The notes beneath the pieces are model-generated. The model was not told where the DNA came from. It was given only the letters and a program-made list of their open reading frames with translations, and did not search any database. A DNA stretch of 24,000 nt. Origin: Elusimicrobiota bacterium. Its GTDB lineage: Bacteria; Elusimicrobiota; Elusimicrobia; F11. The number at the start of each line of letters is the position of its first letter. Positions within the stretch are counted from its first letter, which is position 1. The position numbers and the translations under genes were made by a program. The stretch covers positions 25,954 to 49,953 of the forward strand of contig JAYTIE010000270.1 in assembly GCA_043732015.1 (NCBI GenBank), in the 5' to 3' direction. Positions 16,096 to 22,965 of this stretch are shown piece after piece.

Positions 16096-16754
16096 GGGCG
16101 GCCCGTCCAGTAGTTGACGGCGTTGTTCATCTCATCGCGGTGGGGCAGCGCCGAAATCGCCGCCATTTCCGAGCGGCACCCATCGAGGTTGCCCAGCGTC
16201 AACTGCATTTCGGCGATGAGAAACCGGGCATTCGCGTAATCCGGAGCGGTGGGCGGCACGAGACCGAGAACGGTGCAGCCGTCGCGCCCGCGACCGAGAC
16301 GCGCGTAGATGCGTCCGAGCTGCAGGCGGGCGGAGGTCAAAAGCGGTTCTTTCAGGTGATCGATGGCGGCGGCCACATGCCAGGCGGCCTCGGAATAGGT
16401 GGAGCGCTGGGTTTCAAGCGAATGTCCGGCGGAAGCCGCGCGGTCATAAAGGAGTCGCGCCAGTTCGAGCCGCGCCTCGGAGAGCTCCGGCTCGGCGTCG
16501 ACGCGGCGGCGTTCACGCTGGATGGCCTTCTCGGATTTTTCCGAAAGCCGCTCGAGCGCCAACGCGGCGAGAAGCCGGATGCGCTCGTCGGGATCCTGGA
16601 GGGCCTGATGCAGCACGGCGGAGGCTTCGGGATGTCCGCTTTCATAGAGATCCATGACCATACGCTTGCGCTGTTCCCAGCTCTCCGTGCGCAGAAGGGC
16701 ACGGTAGGGAAGAACGTTCAGCGCGTCGCGATGGGGAGGGCGGAGGACGACCAT
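16092..16754 (-). CDS. HEAT/TPR-like alpha-solenoid protein without signal peptide or TM segment (positional equivalent of PelE)
   Basis: HEAT-like HPEASAVLHQALQDPDERIRLLAALALERL and TPR-like ARLELARLLYD / ARLQLGRIYARLGR / ARFLIAEMQLTLGN. I see no hydrophobic stretch. It starts 5 nt after the PelD-like stop. Confidence 0.5.
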   Translation of the reverse strand: MVVLRPPHRDALNVLPYRALLRTESWEQRKRMVMDLYESGHPEASAVLHQALQDPDERIRLLAALALERLSEKSEKAIQRERRRVDAEPELSEARLELARLLYDRAASAGHSLETQRSTYSEAAWHVAAAIDHLKEPLLTSARLQLGRIYARLGRGRDGCTVLGLVPPTAPDYANARFLIAEMQLTLGNLDGCRSEMAAISALPHRDEMNNAVNYWTGRP

Positions 16755-16759
16755 GGATA

Positions 16760-18112
16760 TCAGCGGGCCGCGGGGACGGTGGGCGGTTCTTCCTTCCGCA
16801 GACCGGAATCCTCGAGAGTCTGGGTTCCGAAGGAGAAAGCGAGTTCGAGCGGCGCGGGATGTTCTGCCGGAACGGCGATCGTGGAGAGCTGTTCGCTGGT
16901 GCGCTGGATGAACGCGTTGGTCTTTTCCGGCGCGGTCTGTGTCATCAGGAGCGCCAGGCGGCCGTTGCCCTGATAGGACAGCACGTCTGATTTTCGCTTG
17001 TTGCGGTCGATCACGCCGATGACCTGACGGACCAGGGATTCGGCCATCGCGGGACCGAGATCGGTCGCGTAGGAATCGAAATTCCGGATGTCCATGAACA
17101 GAAGGCTGATCGCCCCCTTGTAACGGTTCGCGGCGTGGACTTCCTGTTCGATTCGCTGGCGGAAGCCCGCCCAGGCTTCCAGTCCTTCGCTGACCGATCC
17201 CTTGCGCTGCGCGGCGTTCTCGAGGCAGCGGTTGAGAAGGCCGGCCAGAAACCCGAGGTTGGCCAGCGTGTAGGGCGTCAGGCGAACGAGCGGCAGCGCT
17301 TCGATCAGCAGCACGGAGTGAAGCTGGCCCTGAACGATAATGGGCGCCGCGGCCAGAAACTGAACGCCGGAGGAAAGAGACTCGACGTCCCGAACGGAGA
17401 GAACGGCGGGTTTCGCCTGGAGCTGCGCGAACGGCGTGGCGCTCTGGGAAACGGCCGCCGGGTTTTCAACGCTGGCCTGTCCCGCCTGGGAGCGGCGCCA
17501 GAAACGTTCCTTGGCGCGGTCAAAGAGATACAGGGCGCACTGGTCTGCGCCGACGATCTTCTGCGCCAGAGGCGCGGCTGCGTCCAGAATGCGCGATTCT
17601 TCCGACGAGAAAAGATCTTCGGATGCGCCATGGAGCTCGGTCAGCTGGATGTCTCCGAAACGAATCCACTCTTCCAGCTCCCGGTTGGAAACCTCGAGGC
17701 GGTTCCGTTCCTCGGTCACGGACGAGAGGGATGTTTCCAGGGCGGCCGTTCGCTCGCGGTGGTGATGGAGGGACCGCTGGTAAAGCTCTCCGGCTTCACC
17801 GAAAAAGACGCCGCCCAGAATGAACACGACCACGTTGGTCAGGTCGGGCTGATGGAAAATAGAGTTGGCCGCGAAGCCCGCGGCGGACAGCTGAACGCTG
17901 TAGAACACATTCGCCAGGAGAGCCGACGCGACACCCTCGCGGAATCCATAGAACAGGCCGATCAACGCGATGGGCAGAAGATAAGGATGAACGGGATAGG
18001 ACCGGAACGCGGGCACATGCCGGAACCACACATGGTTGATGACGGCCATGACGACGAGAAAGATGGCCGTGTCGATAACCGAACGCCAGTGGAAGACGCG
18101 AGATCTGTTCAT
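16760..18112 (-). CDS. pelD: PelD-like c-di-GMP receptor (4 TM, coiled-coil, GAF, degenerate GGDEF with intact I-site)
   Basis: Four N-terminal TM helices. Coiled-coil RERTAALETSLSSVTEERNRLEVSNRELEE. GAF-like ILDAAAPLAQKIVGADQCALYLFD...HSVLLIEAL. C-terminal GGDEF fold ISLLFMDIRNFDSY...RKSDVLSYQGNGRLALLM, where GG(D/E)EF is replaced by GNGRL but RxxD sits exactly 5 residues upstream. Confidence 0.8.
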   Translation of the reverse strand: MNRSRVFHWRSVIDTAIFLVVMAVINHVWFRHVPAFRSYPVHPYLLPIALIGLFYGFREGVASALLANVFYSVQLSAAGFAANSIFHQPDLTNVVVFILGGVFFGEAGELYQRSLHHHRERTAALETSLSSVTEERNRLEVSNRELEEWIRFGDIQLTELHGASEDLFSSEESRILDAAAPLAQKIVGADQCALYLFDRAKERFWRRSQAGQASVENPAAVSQSATPFAQLQAKPAVLSVRDVESLSSGVQFLAAAPIIVQGQLHSVLLIEALPLVRLTPYTLANLGFLAGLLNRCLENAAQRKGSVSEGLEAWAGFRQRIEQEVHAANRYKGAISLLFMDIRNFDSYATDLGPAMAESLVRQVIGVIDRNKRKSDVLSYQGNGRLALLMTQTAPEKTNAFIQRTSEQLSTIAVPAEHPAPLELAFSFGTQTLEDSGLRKEEPPTVPAAR

Positions 18113-18159
18113 GGGAGCACATTTCCTTGCGTGAAAAATCGCGACAATTGGAGCCCGGA

Positions 18160-18165
18160 ATTATA
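18160..18165 (-). promoter_or_regulatory. candidate -10 box (TATAAT, preceded by TG) for the pel-like operon
   Basis: Minus-strand reading: ...aaaaaaccgaTGTATAATtccgggctcc...cgcAAGGAAAtgtgctcccATG. The hexamer lies about 48 nt upstream of the pelD-like ATG (18112). An SD-like AAGGAAA lies about 9 nt before the ATG. No good -35 is present. Confidence 0.3.
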
Positions 18166-18273
18166 CATCGGTTTTTTGACCCTTTTCCTTCGGAGAACGG
18201 CAAACGGGCCGGATTTTCCGCCGCGCCCGGAAATGACCTGATTTGGCGGTCCGGATCGCCTTCCGCCGCAGAC

Positions 18274-19665
18274 CTAGACGCGCTTGGTCTTCCAGTGGCC
18301 CTGCCGGAAAAGCACCGCGCTGACCACCGCGAGCGCGGAAAACGCCAGCGTGACGGCGATGAAAACGCCCTGCGGTCCCATTCCTACTACGTGCGAGAGT
18401 GCCCAGGCGGCGGGGATTTCGAAGACCCAGAACACGAAGAAGTTGATCAGGGTGGGCGTCCAGGTATCGCCCGCGCCGTTGAAGGACTGCGTGACGACCA
18501 TGCCATACGCATAGAAAAGGAAGCCGCACGCCACGGTTCTCAGGCACGCCGTGGCGTATCCGTGCACGGCGGGATCGGTCGAAAACCATCCGGTGATGTT
18601 GGGGGCGAACACGAGATACAAAAGCCCCATCGATCCCAGGAACACGACGTTGTACAGGCCGGCGAGCCACACCGACTGTTCCGCCCGGTCCGGCTTTCCG
18701 GCGCCCAGCGACTGGCCCACCATGGTGGCGGCCGCGTTGCTGAGCCCGAACGCGGGGAAAAGGGCGAAGAGAATCATTCGCATGCCCACGGTGTAGCCGG
18801 CGACCGCGTCGCTTCCGAAAGTCGAGACCACGCGGACCAGTCCCACCCAGCTCGCGGTCGCCACGAAAATCTGCAGCGTGCTGGAAGCCGAGAGGCTGAT
18901 CACGCGCCACATGACCTCCGAGTGCAAGACCAGATGACGGGCAAGAACTTTCACGCGACCGTTGCCCCGGAACAGGTGGGACAGGCTATAAGCCGCGCCG
19001 ATGCCGCGCGACACGGTGGTGGCGACGCCGGCGCCGGCCACGCCCAGCTTTGGAAAGAAAAGAAGCCCGTAAATGAAGCAGGGCGCGAGGATGAGATTGA
19101 GTCCGTTCGCAATACAGAGCGCGCGCATGGCAATGGTGCCGTCTCCCGCGCCGCGAAACAACGCGTTTCCCAGGAAGAGGAGAAGAATCGCAAAGTTGCC
19201 GCCAAACATGACCCGCATGTAGGGCGTGGCCGTGGCGGCCAGCGCCGAATCGGCGCCCATGAGTTTCAGAAGTTCAGGCGCGAATGAGACGCCGGCGGCG
19301 CCCAGAAGCGCGGACACGAAAATGCCGAGGGCGATCACCTGGACCGACGTGTTGGCTGCGCCTTCGAAATCCTTCTCGCCGATTCGCCGGGCCATCATGG
19401 CCATTGCGCCGATGCTGAGTCCGAACGCCACGGTATAGACCACGGTGAGAAGCGATTCGGTCAGGCCGATCGCGGCGATGGCCGAGGGCCCCAGGCGACC
19501 TGCAAAGAAAATGTCCGTGACCGCGAACACGCTCTCCATCACCATCTCGAGAATCATCGGGATGCCGAGCAGGATGACGGCCTTGCTGATCGGGCCTTCC
19601 GTGTAGTCCCGCGGCGCCCCGTGGATGGCTTCCAGAAATATTTTCCACACGCTTTTAATGGACAT
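18274..19665 (-). CDS. MATE-family efflux transporter (NorM/DinF-like, 12 TM)
   Basis: Trimmed to ATG 19665 (AAGGAAGA just upstream). MSIKSVWKIFLEAIHGAPRDYTEGPISKAVILLGIPMILEMVMESVFAVTDIFFAGRLG is the typical MATE N-terminus, with the second-half repeat ...RVISLSASSTLQIFVATASWVGLVRVVSTFGSDAVAGYTVGMR. Confidence 0.85.
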   Translation of the reverse strand: MSIKSVWKIFLEAIHGAPRDYTEGPISKAVILLGIPMILEMVMESVFAVTDIFFAGRLGPSAIAAIGLTESLLTVVYTVAFGLSIGAMAMMARRIGEKDFEGAANTSVQVIALGIFVSALLGAAGVSFAPELLKLMGADSALAATATPYMRVMFGGNFAILLLFLGNALFRGAGDGTIAMRALCIANGLNLILAPCFIYGLLFFPKLGVAGAGVATTVSRGIGAAYSLSHLFRGNGRVKVLARHLVLHSEVMWRVISLSASSTLQIFVATASWVGLVRVVSTFGSDAVAGYTVGMRMILFALFPAFGLSNAAATMVGQSLGAGKPDRAEQSVWLAGLYNVVFLGSMGLLYLVFAPNITGWFSTDPAVHGYATACLRTVACGFLFYAYGMVVTQSFNGAGDTWTPTLINFFVFWVFEIPAAWALSHVVGMGPQGVFIAVTLAFSALAVVSAVLFRQGHWKTKRV

Positions 19666-19753
19666 TCTTCCTTCAGTTGTTGATAATGAATCCAAGGTCG
19701 AAATGTCTCCCCTACCGTCGACCGATCGTGTCATTCCGTTCCCGGAGGACCCC

Positions 19754-22700
19754 ATGCGCTCACGTCCGTCGCTACGTCCGGCCCTGATGCCGGCTCTCTT
19801 CCTCTCGCTCATCTGCGCCGTTGCTCAGGCAGCGGATCCCACGGTGTCGATCCTCACTCCTTCGAATGGCGCGACCGTCGCCGGCGCTGTGCACGTCAAT
19901 GTGTCCGCAGCCAGCCCAACGCAGGTCGTGAAAGTGGAATATTTGGTGGACGGCGCTTTCGTCTATCGTACGGCGGGTCTTCCTTACTCGTTCGGCTGGG
20001 ACACCGCGGCGCTCACCGATGGCGCGCATACGCTGACCGCCACCGCTTATAACAATTCCAATCAGAGCACGTCTCAGAGCATCACGGTCACCGTGAATCA
20101 CACCGGCGTCATCACGGTTCCCAACGCGCCCAGCATCGTTCAGGTGTCGGGACGCCAGCTTCTTGTGCAGAAGCGGAAGTCCGACGGCACGCTCTCGCCC
20201 GCGACCCCGTATCTCATCAAGGGATTCACCTGGACCGCGAGCAGCGTCGCGCCGGTCCGCGGCTACAATCCTTATGATCCGTCCAACCCCGCCGGTTTCA
20301 CCGACTACGGCTATTTCTTCGACTGGTCCGGCCGCAATCCACAGGGGCATACGATCCAGTCGGAATGGTCCCGCAACCGCTATCAGGGCCAGTTTGCCCA
20401 GGACGCGGCGCTGATGAAGTCCGCGAACGCGAACACGGTGCGCGTGTACAATGACTTCGGCTCGGACCCCGCGGCGACGAAGTCCATCCTGGACGAGTTC
20501 TACCGGCGCGGCATCATGGTTGTGTTGACGATCGTCAGCTCGCAGGACGATATCTCCAGCGGCCGTTATCTCCAGACCGTCAACCTGTGCAAGAACCATC
20601 CGGCCATTCTCATGTGGGCGCTCGGCAACGAGTGGAACGTGAACCGCTACTACCAATCCTATCCGGACACGCTTACCGCCAGGGCGGCGACCGAGCAAGC
20701 GGCGCAGCAGATCAAACTGACCGATCCGAATCACCCGGTCAGCTCTTCCCTCGCGGACCGCTGGACCGTTTCCACGGGCGGCGCTTGCGGATCCGACGAC
20801 GCGTCGAGCGACATTCCGACCATCGTGCAGAACGTTCCGTCCGTCGACCTGTGGGGCCTGAACATCTATCGCAACGCGGGCTTCGGCACGCTGTTCACGG
20901 ACTGGAAGAACTTGACGGGCAAGCCCATGTTCCTGGGCGAGTTCGGCACCGACGCGCTGACGACCACGGCGTTCAACCAGCCGCCGCAGTGTGTGCAGCT
21001 GGTGAGCGTCACGGCGGCCAACGTCACGCCGGTTGTCCAGTCGCAGTTCGACCAGGACCGCTGGAACGAGATCCGTCCCAACCTTTCGGGCAACGATGCG
21101 ACAAAGGTCGCGATCGGCGGCTTCGTTCACGAGTTCGCCGACCAGTTGTGGAAGGCCGGCAATTACAACAACAACATGGGTGGCGTCGTGAATTACAGCG
21201 ACGGCATTCCGCACTACCAGCAGTCCGACTTCCACGGATTCTATGCGCCGGGCTCCAACCCGGACGCCGTGTTCAATGAGGAATATTTCGGCGCCGTTCA
21301 GGCCGACCGCACACCGCGCGACCTCTTCTACACGATGCAGTCGTACTACGCGGGTCTCGCCGATCCGCAGGCGCCGGCGCAGCTTCCCGCGCCGACGGGC
21401 CTCAACTCCTCCGCGATCTCGCAGACAGGTTTCACGGTGGGATGGTCCGCCGTCAGCGGCGCGACCGGATACAGGCTGGACGTCTCCGCCTCCTCGTCGT
21501 TCGCGACGCTTCTGGCTTCCTACAACAACCTCGATGTGGGCAACGTCACGACGAAGTCCGTGGCCGGTCTCACTGCGGGCACGCCGTACTATGTCCGCCT
21601 CCGCGCCTACGACGCGTCGGCCGTCGCTTCGCTGAACAGCACGACGCTGAACGTGCAAACCCAGGCGTCCTCGAACGACACCACGCCGCCGACGCCGATT
21701 CCCTGGCTCGGCCTGTCCGCGCCGACGTCAACGTCGCTGAAACTTCAGTGGCAGCCCGCCACCGACAACGTCGCGATCGGCGGTTACCAGATAAACGTGT
21801 CGCTGACGTCGAACTTCAGCTCGTTCGTGACTGGCTATCAGGCGAAGGTCGTGGCCGCGAACCCGACGTCGTCGTCGCTCACCGGACTGTCGCCGTCCAC
21901 CGTGTATTACGTGAACATGCGCTCCGTGGACACCTCGGGAAATGTCTCGACGCTCACCGACACGGTCAGCATGGCGACGAGCGCGGGCTCGGCGCCGCCG
22001 GCCGCGCCGACGGGCCTCAACTCCTCGTCCGTCTCGCAGACCGGCTTCACGGTGAACTGGCCGTCGGTAGCGACCGCGACCGGCTACCGGCTGGACGTTT
22101 CGCTGTCGCCGTCGTTCTCCACGCTGCTGAGCGGCTACAACAACCTGGACGTCGGCAACGTGACGAGCAAGGCCGTCACCGGCCTCACCGGAAGCACCGT
22201 CTACTACGTGCGCCTTCGCGCGTACAATGCGGCGGGAACGTCGGCTTCGTCTTCGGCGCTCAGCGTCACGACCAGCGCGACGCCCACGGTTCCCTCGGCT
22301 CCGGCCGGACTGAACGCCTCGGGCGTAACATCGAGCGCGTTCACGCTCGGTTGGGGCGCGGTGGCCAATGCGACCGGCTATCGCGTCGACGTGTCCGTCT
22401 TGTCCGACTTCAGCTCGACCTTGGCGTCGTACAACAACCTCGACGTGGGCAACGTGACGAGCCTCCCGGCCACGGGCCTCTCGGCCTCGACCGTCTATTA
22501 CACCCGCGTGCGCGCCTACAACAGCGCGGGCACGTCGGCGAACAGCGCCCCGTTCAACGTCACCACGCAGAGCGCCAGTTCGGACACGACGCCGCCGTCG
22601 TCCATTCCGTGGCTCGGCCTGTCGACGTTCGCGTCCACCTCGATGACAGTGGATTGGCAGCCGGCGACCGACAACGTTGCCGTGACCGCCTATCAGGTGA

Positions 22701-22894
22701 GCGTGTCGCTCAGCCCGACATTCGACACGTTCGTCGGCGCCTATCAGAACAAGCCGGTCGCCGCGAGCCCGACCTCGTTCGGCATCACGGGTCTGGCGCC
22801 GAACACGCTGTACTACGTGAAACTCCGAGCCGCCGACGCGGCCGGCAACGTCGGCCCCTACACCGACACAGTGAACGGCCGCACGACGCCGTAA
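19754..22894 (+). CDS. large secreted glycoside hydrolase: signal peptide, Ig-like domain, clan GH-A-like (beta/alpha)8 catalytic domain, five FN3 modules
   Basis: Trimmed to ATG 19754 (GGAGGA at 19744-19749). Signal peptide MRSRPSLRPALMPALFLSLICAVAQA/AD. Ig-like domain: ILTPSNGATVAGAVHVNVSA...HTLTATAYNNSNQSTSQSITVTV. Catalytic domain: YLIKGFTW, DAALMKSANANTVRVY, MWALGNEWN (N-E at 20627-20632) and GKPMFLGEFGTD (E at 20939-20941, about 103 aa later, the spacing expected for strand-4 acid/base and strand-7 nucleophile). Five FN3 modules follow. Confidence 0.8.
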   Translation: MRSRPSLRPALMPALFLSLICAVAQAADPTVSILTPSNGATVAGAVHVNVSAASPTQVVKVEYLVDGAFVYRTAGLPYSFGWDTAALTDGAHTLTATAYNNSNQSTSQSITVTVNHTGVITVPNAPSIVQVSGRQLLVQKRKSDGTLSPATPYLIKGFTWTASSVAPVRGYNPYDPSNPAGFTDYGYFFDWSGRNPQGHTIQSEWSRNRYQGQFAQDAALMKSANANTVRVYNDFGSDPAATKSILDEFYRRGIMVVLTIVSSQDDISSGRYLQTVNLCKNHPAILMWALGNEWNVNRYYQSYPDTLTARAATEQAAQQIKLTDPNHPVSSSLADRWTVSTGGACGSDDASSDIPTIVQNVPSVDLWGLNIYRNAGFGTLFTDWKNLTGKPMFLGEFGTDALTTTAFNQPPQCVQLVSVTAANVTPVVQSQFDQDRWNEIRPNLSGNDATKVAIGGFVHEFADQLWKAGNYNNNMGGVVNYSDGIPHYQQSDFHGFYAPGSNPDAVFNEEYFGAVQADRTPRDLFYTMQSYYAGLADPQAPAQLPAPTGLNSSAISQTGFTVGWSAVSGATGYRLDVSASSSFATLLASYNNLDVGNVTTKSVAGLTAGTPYYVRLRAYDASAVASLNSTTLNVQTQASSNDTTPPTPIPWLGLSAPTSTSLKLQWQPATDNVAIGGYQINVSLTSNFSSFVTGYQAKVVAANPTSSSLTGLSPSTVYYVNMRSVDTSGNVSTLTDTVSMATSAGSAPPAAPTGLNSSSVSQTGFTVNWPSVATATGYRLDVSLSPSFSTLLSGYNNLDVGNVTSKAVTGLTGSTVYYVRLRAYNAAGTSASSSALSVTTSATPTVPSAPAGLNASGVTSSAFTLGWGAVANATGYRVDVSVLSDFSSTLASYNNLDVGNVTSLPATGLSASTVYYTRVRAYNSAGTSANSAPFNVTTQSASSDTTPPSSIPWLGLSTFASTSMTVDWQPATDNVAVTAYQVSVSLSPTFDTFVGAYQNKPVAASPTSFGITGLAPNTLYYVKLRAADAAGNVGPYTDTVNGRTTP
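21386..22891 (+). repeat. intragenic tandem FN3-module repeats, two sequence types in the order A-B-A-A-B
   Basis: Type A modules lie at about 21386-21664, 22004-22276 and 22298-22570. They share PxGLN.S..S..GFT..W..V..ATGYR.DVS....F...L..YNNLDVGNVT......GL...T.YY.R.RAY. Type B modules lie at about 21677-21979 and 22583-22891. They share DTTPP..IPWLGLS....TS....WQPATDNVA...YQ..VSL...F..F...YQ.K.VAA.PTS...TGL.P.T.YYV. Copies look about three-quarters identical at DNA level by eye. Confidence 0.8.
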
Positions 22895-22907
22895 GAATCG
22901 GTCCGGC

Positions 22908-22955
22908 AAAGAAAAAGCCCTCTTCTCCGATGGAGAAGAGGGCTTTTCTTTTTCC
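22908..22955. terminator. bidirectional rho-independent terminator between convergent genes
   Basis: caaagaaaaa-GCCCTCTTCTCC-gatg-GAGAAGAGGGC-ttttctttttcc. The 11-bp GC-rich stem is perfect, with an A-run upstream and a T-run downstream, so it can serve both strands. Confidence 0.75.
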
Positions 22956-22965
22956 GGCCGGGCCG

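Noticed and set aside
18113-18273. Possible c-di-GMP riboswitch or other structured leader ahead of the pelD-like gene.
   Set aside because: I could not find the conserved GEMM-I or GEMM-II sequence blocks or a convincing multi-stem fold by eye. Only weak hairpins are present. A covariance-model scan (Rfam/Infernal) would be needed to exclude it formally.
19625-19812. ORF-track extensions of the MATE gene (to 19812) and the GH/FN3 gene (from 19625), which would overlap each other divergently by 188 bp.
   Set aside because: Internal ATGs at 19665 (-) and 19754 (+) have SD-like sequences and yield a canonical MATE N-terminus and a canonical signal peptide. The extensions have no recognisable content.
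21386-22891. Regularly spaced repeats of about 280-300 bp, considered as a possible CRISPR or satellite array.
   Set aside because: The repeats are in-frame FN3 protein modules inside one long ORF. There is no short conserved repeat with unique spacer structure.
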